Origin: Octopus vulgaris
Lineage: Eukaryota
Length of the DNA: 64,000 nucleotides
Assembly (NCBI GenBank): GCA_951406725.2
Contig: OX597840.1
Coordinates: forward strand, 14,942,001 to 15,006,000
Reading direction: 5' to 3'
A program made the translations under genes and the position numbers. Shown here piece by piece: positions 53,968 through 64,000 of the stretch; the stretch's first letter is position 1; each line of letters opens with the position of its first letter. Below the pieces are notes generated by a model. It searched no databases and had not been told where the DNA came from. It saw only the letters and a program-made list of their open reading frames with translations.

Positions 53968-54178
53968 AAGACAGCGAGCTGGCAGAATTGTTAGCATTCT
54001 GGACAAAATACTTAGTGGTATTTCACCCACCACCACGTACTGAGTTCAAATTCTGCTAAGGTCAACTTTGCTTTTTATCCTTTCAGGGTCGATTAAATAA
54101 GTACCAGTTACACACTGGAGTTGACGTGATCAACTTAATCCCCTCCCGCAAGCTGCCCTTGTGGCAAAAATTTGAAAT
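53968..54178 (+). mobile_element. SINE family B copy
   Basis: Family B match. Confidence 0.8.
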
Positions 54179-54196
54179 CATCATCATCATCATCAT

Positions 54197-54385
54197 TATT
54201 ATTATTATTATTATTCAGTAGTCTTATTTGTATAATGTGTTTTCACTTCACTACTGAGCGTAGCTCTGTGTACCTTGGGCATATACTGTTTTTTGTTTTG
54301 GTGCTCTTATTTCCACTGTATTGAAAACGTTTTATGTAGGATGGGTGTGGTGCCTAGTAGTACTATTTTCAGTATGTTATATTAG
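54197..54385 (-). mobile_element. Second R4/Dong-type 3' end with (TAA)n tail
   Basis: Minus strand KIVLLGTTPILHKTFSIQ, UTR, then (taa)n. Confidence 0.65.
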
Positions 54386-54414
54386 GTTGTCAAGTATGAA
54401 ATTTGTAATGAGTT

Positions 54415-54630
54415 ATATGGTAAACTTTGACAGCTGCTCATTTTGCACCATTATTATATTTTGATAATCTTTATTTTTTGTTAGAAAGCTGACATCTATT
54501 TCTTTATTCTAACTCATTTTGCACTTTATATAAAGTATTTACAAATCGTTTTTTGGCTATTTTTGTTTAGAGATGGATAAGTCGGAAATTCATACAGTTT
54601 TGAAATATGAGTTCTTTCTTGGAACTACAG
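54415..54630 (+). mobile_element. mariner 5' fragment
   Basis: atggataagtcggaaattcatacagttttgaaatatgagttc reads MDKSEIHTVLKYEF, resembling a mariner transposase N-terminal HTH start. Confidence 0.55.
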
Positions 54631-55282
54631 CCAGCAAACTTAGGTGACACTTGTTCACTGGTCATGCTTCAAAAACCCTGTGAAGAATTCTTGCAGTTCC
54701 AAGCAATGCTAAATGTGTTCTATCTTTACATTTGTGCCAATTTTTTTTAGACATGTTGGTAGTTGAGTGCTGCTACTTTTAAATGCACCAATTACATCTA
54801 CTCTCTTCATTGACCACAACCTTCCTATTTCCCACTTAAAGTCATCATAGTTTTTTAATTTTTCTTTTTCACATTGATCCTGTTGTCACTGGGACATGCT
54901 GTCAGTTATCATATATATTCTTTCTTTTATATTCACCACAACAATGTCCAGTTTCCGATGTCTGGTCGAATGATTGCACTAGATCATTGCATCCCAAAGG
55001 ATCTTGCAATTCTCATTTCTGGTGACTTCTGAAGTTTTCTCATGCCACACTGCTGCTCTTTGTAGGCTGTGATTTCCACAGAGCTCCCAATGGATCATTC
55101 TTGCCACATTGTCATGGTGTCTTCTGTAATCACGTTATGCCAATTTCAGGCATTCGCTAACAATGTGCCATACCATTTCACCCCTGTTACCACACATTCT
55201 GCATTTGACATTATTGGTAGTGTTGTCTGTTCATATAATTGGTCCTTAATGCTTCTTCTTGAGCTGTGCATATGAGTACTGA
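54630..55282 (-). pseudogene. R4/Dong-type C-terminus: CCHC knuckle and RLE endonuclease
   Basis: Minus strand LICTAQEEALRTNY, KCRMC, HIVSEC, RHDNVARMIHWEL, ILWDAMI, KLDIVVV, ALLGTARILHRVFEA*. Confidence 0.85.
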
Positions 55283-55331
55283 AAGACGAGTGATTTGGAA
55301 TACCTGTCACAAGCGTCACCCCAGGAAATGT

Positions 55332-55812
55332 GGTATTGTGCACTTAGAATTTGTCCCCCAGAGCCAGACCATCAATCGAGAGCTCTACTGTGATATTTTT
55401 AAATGTTTGAGAGAGGACATTTGGTGAAAGCAATCAGATCTGTAGAGCCTGAAGAACTGGATTCTTCACTGAGTTCTCTTCAATCATGAGTTTCTTTCCA
55501 AAAAGCAACATGGTATCGCTTCCATACCTATCCTACTTGCCAGATTTAGCACCTACAAACTTCCATCTCTTCCCAAAGACGAAAATGCAGCTCAAAGGTC
55601 ACCATTTTAACATTGTTGTTGAGATCCAGAGCAAATTGCAGAAGGTCCTTGACTCACACAAAATAACTTCCAGGCCAGATTCCAAAAGTGGCAGGTGTGC
55701 TGAGACCAGTGTATTACTGTGCAAAGTGACCATTTCGAAGGTGATGATGTTAAAACTTAGTTATTTTTTATTAAACATAACTAGTCTGGGAACCTTTTGA
55801 TACCATCTTGTA
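55332..55812 (+). pseudogene. mariner transposase 3' fragment with right TIR
   Basis: GIVHLEFVPQSQTINRELYCDI, NWILH, YLPDLAPTNFHLFPKTKMQLKGHHF. Ends gaaccttttgataccatcttgta. Confidence 0.85.
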
Positions 55813-56182
55813 TTATATATAGTCTACAGGCTAGCACTCCTTTTTCAATTCCAATTTCTTTTGATACAACCTATATAAATCATCATCATTGTCGTCGTTG
55901 TCATTTTACACCCACTTTCCATGCTAGCATGGGTTTGATGGTTTGACAAGCTGGGAGGCTGCACCAGACTCTAGTCTGATTTGGCAAGGTTTGTACAGCT
56001 GGATGCCATTCCTGATGCCGACGATTCCAAGAGTGTAGGAGATGATTTTACATGTCACCAGCATGGATGGCAGTCAGGCAGCACTGGCATTGGCCACACT
56101 CAAATGGTGCCACCGGCATGGGTGCCGGTCAGGGGGCACTAGTGTCAGTCATGCTCGAATAGTGCTTTTTATGTGCCACCGG

Positions 56183-56410
56183 ATATTACAAAAGCTGCTA
56201 CTCAGAGTTTCACATTCCCATTCATTGGACAATTCAGATTGAGCATCTAAATTTTCCAACGAACGGGAGTGTGAAACTCTGAGTAGCAATTTTTTTGCAA
56301 TATATTTGTGATGTTTTTGCAGCTTTAACAATAATAAAGAATATTACTCTACCTCTGGTATTCGAGTACTGTTTTCTCCCACCTTGTTTCATATTTATGT
56401 GCTTACTCAG
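56183..56410. repeat. Short fold-back with degenerate hammerhead-like cores and a one-sided tail
   Basis: tgctactcagagtttcacattcccattcattgga versus tccaacgaacgggagtgtGAAActctgagTAgca. Confidence 0.6.
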
Positions 56411-56636
56411 GTATGTGTGTGTGTGTGTGTGAAGGCATGTGGCTTAGTGGTTAGGGTGTTTGGTTCACGATCATAAGGTTGTGAGTTCAGTTCCTGGCGA
56501 CATGTTGTGTCCTTGAGCAAGACACTTTATTTTATGTTGCTCCAGTCCTCTCAGCTGGCAAAAATGAGTTGTAGACACATGCTTGCTTGAAGAATATCAC
56601 ATTTTTCCACTTTATTTCTAGTCCTAAATGGCTTAC

Positions 56637-56691
56637 ATTTTTTTATATCTAGCACTATGTCATTCTCCATTTGGGTTAAAATAAAGCAAAC
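56637..56691 (-). CDS. Candidate exon 1 (ATG at 56670, MENDIVLDIKK)
   Basis: Acceptor gttgtgttttgcag, donor gtaagc; ends in phase 1. Confidence 0.3.
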
Positions 56692-58553
56692 CTGCAAAAC
56701 ACAACTGATCTTTACACATAGACACACATAACAACAGCAATCAAATAATGACAGCGGAATGCACCACAAACATCACTGATCTGATTCTTGATCGCCTGTC
56801 CTCTTGACAAGAGATGTCAGTTAGTTTTTTACACCTACCAGACTCGTTCGTATTATCCCAAGTTGCTGGATAATTTTTAGTTCCTTTAAGAATATTGTAG
56901 AATGGAAACTTTTCATAGATTGGAATTTAAATCCTAACCTTTATAGCAATTTATTGTTTCAAGAAAAAAACTGAATTTGAATTACTTTTAATTTTTATGA
57001 TTATAGATAACAACTGGGGCTGTAACTTCTGAGCCTGAGTCTGGCATCTGTGAACGATGTCAAAAGAATGTCTGCTACGAATGATATTTTTTGACATAGA
57101 GCATCTCTAAGGTGACTGTCAGATGCTGAACAAAAATAAATGAACTGTGACCAGGCTCAATCAAAGGAGCCTGAGTTATTGGCTGCAATTACCTACTTGA
57201 AGTCGCTGTTGGCAGAAATTGAATCAGCTTGCAAATACACGTTCGCTTTACTAAATATGTATTTGGGCTAAGTGCCAAACAGCCAGAGTGCCAGAGTCAC
57301 CATTATCACTAAATCCACAAGTTGCTTTTAGTCTCTCTCTGTTTATATCCTCATATTCCTTTCTGTTTAAGAGCATAGGCTCGAAACATAAAGAACTTTC
57401 TCACATTCCAAAGTGTCAAACGAATACACCTGCTTGTTATTTATACACCTGTCTTCATCTTTTGTTTTTCTGTAAATTTCAACTATATATATATATAGCT
57501 GGTGCAGACTTGCCAGCTCCAGTCTAACTGTCCAACCCATACCAGCATGGAAAAACAGACATTGGATGATGATGACGACGATGACGGCGACGACGGCAAC
57601 GCCGACGATGATGGCGACAACAGCAACGCCGACGCCGACATAAATATCTATACACATATATACATATGGGAATATATATTTGTGTATTTGTAAATCTGAA
57701 TCTAAATATATTTATATTTATATATATATTCATATATATATATATATATATATGCATGTTTGTATATATATATATATACTATGATGGCACTATGTATGTA
57801 CATACATGTGTGTGTACATATCTTCATAGATGCATTTAGTTTTGTATATAAGTATGCATGTGTGTTTGTGTCTGTATACACATCTATAAGTGTGTGTGTG
57901 TAAATATATGTTAGCTCAGTACCGCCACCCCACCCCTGCCACCAATGTTTAATGTTTTCCCCAATCTAAAAATCTATTTCATTCATTACAAATGTTTATT
58001 TCAATAGAAATTAATGTTTCACTGGAGATTTTCAACATTAATTGTTCCTATTAATGTCTGTATTGTCATCACCATCATCGACTTTGGCATTGTCATCACC
58101 GTTGTCGTCATGGAAGCCAACAATTCCGACATCTACAATCAAAGATTAAAATATCTCTCCTCTGCGCTGATGGTAGTTATACCCGAGCGTGTGATGGATA
58201 ACAGCCACCAAACCATCACTGTATGGTCAATGACGAAACCTGTAATAGTCATTCCAGCTGCTAGAAATAGCAGTCAAATGTTTCCTCATATCACATTTTA
58301 TATTTTATCTTTCATCTTTTACATGTTTCAGTTATTAGATTGTGGCCATGCTGGGGCACCACCTTGAGGAATTTTCAATCAAATGAATCGGCCCCAGCAC
58401 TCATAATTTTTTTTTTTTTGCTAAGCCCAGTACATATTCTATCAGTCTTGTTTTGCTGAACCACTAAGTTATGGGGATGTAAATACACCAACACTGGTTG
58501 TCAAGTGGTGGTGGTGGTGGGGGACAAACACAGACTCAAAGACAAACACAGAA

Positions 58554-58636
<83 letters not shown>

Positions 58637-58639
<3 letters not shown>

Positions 58640-59020
58640 CACAGGAGTGACTGTGTGGTAAGTAGCTTGCTTACGAACCACATGGTTCCGGGTTCAGTCC
58701 TACTGCATGGCACCTTGTGCAACTGTCTTCTACTATAGCCTTGGGCCGATCAGAGCCTTGTGAGTGGATTTGGTAGACAGAAACTGAAAGAAGCCCATCA
58801 TATATATCTGTGTGTATGTTTGTGTCTGTGTTTGTCTCCTGCCAATGGTTGACAACTGATGTTGGTTTGTTTATGTCCCTGTAACTTAGCGGTTCAGCAA
58901 AAGAGACCGATAGAATAAATACTAGGCTTATGAAGAATAAGTCCTGAGGTTGATTTGCTTGACTAATGGTGGTGCTCCAGCTTGGCCGCAATCAAATGAC
59001 TGAAACAAATAAAAGAAAAA
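58637..59020 (+). mobile_element. SINE family A nested within an inverted family A copy (58315-58555 plus 59025-59190)
   Basis: Full plus-strand copy lying between the tail and head halves of a minus-strand copy. Confidence 0.8.
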
Positions 59021-59387
59021 ATACGTATATACGATGGGCTTCTTTCAGTTTCCGTCTACCAAATCCACTTACAAACTTTGGTTGGCCAAAGGCTACAGTA
59101 GAAGACATTTGCTCGACTTGCCACACAGTGGGACTGAACTTGCAACCATGTGATTGAGAAGCAAGTTTCTGACCACACAGCCATGCCTGCTATCTTTTTA
59201 AAAGAAGGTATGGTCACATTGTATAATGTAAGCCAAGATATAATAAAATATATGGAGGGTTAAATGGGATGGTCATGTTTAGAATGTCTCAAGCTTTTGG
59301 TTTCTTGGATCAACAACAAAATCAATGACAGTAGATCTGCTGGAATGTATAACCAAATACCTTGTGAGGGAAAGCCCCAGGCCCATC

Positions 59388-60978
59388 AGGAATTACTGCA
59401 GAGTTGCTCAAAATATCTGGCAGTGTCGGCTATAACCTAGTCACCCGTATAGTCAACCAGGTGATACACGAAGGAGTCATACCCAATGACTGGTGCAGCA
59501 GCATACTAGTCAACTGCTACAAAGGTAAAGGTGATGCCCTAGATACAAATAATTACAGAGGTATCAAGCTGTTGGATCAATTAATGAAGGTTACGGAGAG
59601 GGTCATAGCCCAACTAATTAGAGAGAGAGTTAGTTTTAGATGAGATGCAGTTTGGGTTCGTGCCAGGGAAAAGTACCACTGATGCTATATTCCTGGTAAG
59701 GCAGCTGCAGGAGAAATACCTAGCCAAAGATAAGCCCCTGTACCTGGCTTTCGTTGATATGGAGAAAGCTTTTGATAGGGTCCCCCGATCCCTTATCTGG
59801 TGGTCAATGAGGAAACTAGGGATAGATGAATGGCTGGTGAGGACTGTGCAAGCCATGTACAGAGATGCCGTAAGTAAGGTTAGGGTTGGCAACATGTACA
59901 CAGAAGAATTCAAAGTAGAGGTTGGGGTCCACCAGGGTTCAGTACTCAGCCCCCTCCTATTTATCATAGTACTCCAGGCAATTACGGAGGAATTCAAGAC
60001 AGGCTGTCCCTGGGAGCTCCTCTACGCTGACGACCTTGCTCTTATTGCTGAGTCACTATCAGAACTGGAGGAGAAGTTCCAGGTGTGGAAGGAGGGTTTA
60101 GAATCAAGGGGCCTTAGAGTCAACCTAGCTAAAACCAAAGTACTAATAAGTAGAAAGGTAGACAATCCACAAATATCTTCAGGAAGATGGCCCTGCTCGA
60201 TCTGTAGAAAAGGTGTAGGTAGAAACTCTATAAGATGTACCCAGTGTAAGCTATGGACACATAAGAGGTGCAGCAATGTCAAAGGTAGGCTAACTGGGAA
60301 GATAGTTTTTGTATGTGGCAGATGCTCGGGAGCATTAACCTCCGAAAATCTGCAGAAAACAACTTCCGTCACTTTCCAGGGGGAAAACTAGAAGTAGTTG
60401 ATAGCTTCCGTTATCTAGGTGACCAAGTCAGTAGTGGGGGTGGGTGCGCTGAAAGTGTAACTGCTAGAATAAGAATAGCCTGGGCAAAGTTTAGGGAGCT
60501 CTTACCTCTGCTGGTGACTAAAGGCCTCTCGCTCAGAGTAAAAGGCAGACTGTATGATGCGTGTGTACGAACAGCCATGCTACATGGCAGCGAAACATGG
60601 GCCGTGACTGCTGAGGACATGCGTAAGCTCGTGAGGAATGAAGCCAGTATGCTCCGATGGATGTGTAATGTCAGTGTACATACTCGACAGAGCGTTAGCA
60701 CCTTGAGAGAAATGTTGTACCTAAGAAGCATCAGTTGTGGTGTGCAAGAGAGACGATTGCGCTGGTATGGTCATGTGGCGAGAATGGATGAAGATAGGTG
60801 TGTGAGAAAGTGCCAATCCCTAGCAGTTGAGGGAACCCGTGGAAGAGGTAGACCCAGGAAAACCTGGGACGAGGTGGTGAAGCACGACCTTCGAACTTTA
60901 GGCCTCACTGAGGAAATGACCAGCGACCGAGACCTTTGGAAATATTCTGTACGTGAGAAGACCAGGCAGGACAAGTGA
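59388..60978 (+). pseudogene. RTE reverse transcriptase ORF with two frameshifts (about 59640 and 60385) and a PHD-like finger
   Basis: NYRGIKLL, QFGFVPGKSTTDAIF, FVDMEKAFDRV, GVHQGSVLSPLLF, LLYADDL, FRYLG, HGSETW, RRLRWYGHV, RGRPRKTW. Confidence 0.93.
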
Positions 60979-61069
60979 GCCCAGCCCACTTATGAATGCC
61001 TTTCCTCCCTTGGACACAAAGACCTGTTGAGGCAAGCGAAGTCGATATAGAACCTCATCCGACGACAGA

Positions 61070-61510
61070 CACCCATGCCAATCCCCCATCCTTGCGAAGA
61101 CATGTTGGGGCAAGCGAAATCGAAATCGAAACTGAATTGAACCAGCCAGGATCCCTGGCCTGGTGGTACGTAAAAAGCACTATCCGACTCGTGGCCGTGG
61201 CACGTAAAATACTCCAATGCGACCGTACGACAGGCACCCATGCCAACCCCCTTTGCTTGTGAAGACATGTTGGGGCAATCGAAATTGAATTGAACCAGCC
61301 AGGATCCCTGGTCTGGTGGTACGTAAAAAGCACTATCCGACTCGTGGCCGTGACACGTAAAATACTCCAATGCGACCGTACGACAGGCACCCATGCCAAC
61401 CCCCTTTGCTTGTGAAGACATGTTGGGGCAAGCGAAATCGAAATCGAATTGAACCAGCCAGGATCCCTGGTCTGGTGGTACGTAAAAAGCACTATCCGAC
61501 TCGTGGCCGA
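61070..61510 (+). repeat. Tandem repeat of about 155-165 bp, roughly 3 copies, in the RTE 3' UTR
   Basis: acccatgccaa...gaagacatgttggggcaa...ggatccctgg...ggtacgtaaaaagcactatccgactcgtggccg recurs at about 61070, 61236 and 61389. Confidence 0.9.
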
Positions 61511-62962
61511 TGCCAGCACCGCCTCGACTGGCTTCCGTGCCGGTGGCACATAAAATACACCAATCTGACCGTGGCCGTTGCCAGCCCCGCCTGGCACCTG
61601 TGCAGGTGGCACGTAAAAAGCACATACTACACTCACGGAGTGGTTGGCGTTAGGAAGGGCATCCAGGTGTAGAAACATTGCCAGATTAGACTGGAGCCTG
61701 GTGCAGCCTTCTGGCTTCCCAGAACCCCGGTCGAACCGTCCAACCCATGCTAGCATGGAGAACGGACGTTAAACGATGATGATGATGATGTCTACTTTCT
61801 AAGTTCAAATCCTGCTGAGGTCTTTTCTCCCTTAAGGGTCAGTAAAATTAAGGACCTGTCCCAGTCAGTGGATTAGTGAACTGTTAGAACAACAGACATG
61901 ATACCTTATGGTATTTGACCCACCTTTTTCGTTTCTGAGTTCAAATCCCATGGTTGGTTTAGTCCATCTCATAATTTCACCCCAACTTCTGGTCCCTTTA
62001 GTGAAGGCCACTCTCTTGCAAGCACTCAAGCCAGGTCTCCAGTTTGCATAAAGTCCATCCCACTTACTCTCACATGTCCCTAAGGCTCCGATAAAAATAA
62101 AGAGTGTTGGATGCGGGCCCTCACTTCCTGTTTTTGTAGTCAATTGACCTGTTAGAAACAGCTGTCAAATCACACTTTCTACCATCTTTGGAAAAGTTCA
62201 AAACACTTATGATGATGGATTCCAAGATACACTATGCCTGACAACATGAAGATGGAATGGTCGTGGTGGGAGTGCCTGTGATTGTACATTTGCTGAATCA
62301 AGACTGACCTGGGCTAAACAACAACTGCAAATCAGCTATAAGGCTTCTAAACAGTTGCTTAACCTGCTAAAAATAGTAGTTAAATCTCCGTCAAATTGCA
62401 CAGTGCCAGCTTAAAGAAAGGAAGGGCACATTTCATAAATTAATCCTAGATACACAATGCCTCACAGAGAATGTTTGATATAAGGAAAGAATGTTTGGGA
62501 GGATGGTCATGAGCGGAACATCTTTGATCATGCATGTGTTCTCGGTCAGGGTTGACCTGGAGCTTAGCAACGAAACAACTGCAATGGTGGCGACGATATC
62601 AAAGATAATAAGAACCACAGTAACAACCACAACAACATCAAAGACAACAGCAGCAACATCAACATCAAAGATAACAACAACAATACTAATATGAAGAGTT
62701 AGCAATGCAGACATTAATCTCAACATTTCATATATAAATTGTCCTGTGAGAGAAGAATCGCTTCTAAAGTAAAAAGTCATATTGACTGAAATAGAAATAG
62801 ATTTCCTTTTGTGGAGGGCATTAAAAGATTGGATGGTTGTGGGGGGAGAGGCATTTTCCTCTGTATGTGCATAATTCTGTGCATTTACTGTATATATTTG
62901 TACATCGAAGTATATATATGTATATACATATATGCGTGTGTGTATTTATGTATATGCATTTG

Positions 62963-63006
<44 letters not shown>

Positions 63007-63896
63007 CATCTGTATATATATATTTATATATATATATGTATATATATATGTATATACATCTGTATGTATATATATTTATATATATATATATACGTATATA
63101 CATATGGATATATATATGTGTTTGTGTATGTATGTATGTATGTATGTATATATATATATGTATATATATATATATACACACACACGCACACACTTATATA
63201 TATATACAGAGAGTATTGATAAAATTGATAGACAGATAAATAGATAGATATAAAGGTGTATAGATATATAGATTTATATATATATATATATATATATGCA
63301 TGTCCATCTACGCACACACACACACACACACCCACACACATATACACTGTCATGTACACATACTCAAATACACTCAAATTTACACAGGTAGACATATGTA
63401 TATGCAGTTACTCATGTACACACATGCACACACACATACACACACACACACACATATTAATAGGCTTTAAATGAGATTCTTTAATTGTTAAGCCATTGTA
63501 GTTTATACTTGATCTGTATTGTTTTATATTTGGTTTCTATTTTAGTCCTTATTATATTCTCTTATATTCTGTTGTTGTTCAACTGAAGTCTCGACATTTG
63601 TTTCGCTGCTGTTTGTGATGATGGCTTCACCAAGGAACAGAACCGCTGCCAATTTACTTCAAATGGAATCTAGAATTGTAAGCAATTACACAAGACTTAA
63701 TGGCAGTTTTGGTTTCACCGCTAATTAACGAGCAACTGATAGACAGCGTTTCTAAACAGTGGTGGTGGGGGGGAAAAACATACAGTGGGGGGAAGGGTCA
63801 GGCATCATTATTCAGGGTTGATAGAAATAAGAGCTAAAAAAAATGCTCTCTTTATTCTGTTTAAAAAGGGAAGGACATTTTGGTATACAATGTTGT

Positions 63897-63927
<31 letters not shown>

Positions 63928-64000
63928 TGGAGTGGCTGTGTGGTAAGTAGCTTGCTTGCCATCCACATGGCTCCAGGTTCATTCCCACTGTGTGGCACCT
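63928..64000 (+). mobile_element. SINE family A head (runs off the window)
   Basis: ggagtggctgtgtggtaagtagcttgc...ggttcattcccactg. Confidence 0.85.

Larger units (their letters stand above)
59386..61790 (+). mobile_element. RTE-clade LINE, 5'-truncated, young
   Basis: Begins at GKAPGPSG. RT motifs follow, then a long repeat-containing 3' UTR and (gat)n tail. Inserted into a decayed family B SINE; no TSD seen. Confidence 0.93.

Noticed and set aside
59614-60731. Antisense ORFs over the RTE RT
   Set aside because: Shadow ORFs of the plus-strand coding sequence.
61160-61630. CRISPR-like repeat-spacer look of the gcacgtaaaaagcac motifs
   Set aside because: Spacers are related to each other and irregular in length, and the array is part of a LINE 3' UTR.

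Overview
AT-rich, repeat-saturated animal genomic DNA. The SINE families, RTE LINE and microsatellite load look like a coleoid cephalopod (Octopus-like; inference). Nearly all ORF-track entries are microsatellite read-throughs. The recognisable coding remnants all belong to transposons: a young 5'-truncated RTE LINE with a C4HC3 PHD-like finger (59.4-61.8 kb), three Penelope-like element (PLE) remnants, R4/Dong-type restriction-like-endonuclease (RLE) retrotransposon fragments, and mariner/Tc1 remnants. Non-autonomous Helitrons, piggyBac-type MITEs and several tRNA-derived SINE families are also present. Three things stand out. (1) More than a dozen type-I hammerhead-ribozyme-like cores occur in PLE-type termini, in tandem or as fold-backs with a core on each strand; most carry substitutions. 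(2) A repeated module predicted to fold as an H-type pseudoknot (GUGC-N-GGUG-GCAC-GUAAAAAG-CACC) is arrayed in the RTE 3' UTR and its dispersed tails. (3) Five short minus-strand segments with GT-AG borders splice in frame over 40 kb into a 105-aa ORF I cannot assign (low confidence). All alignments and folds were done by eye, and coordinates of degenerate repeats are approximate.
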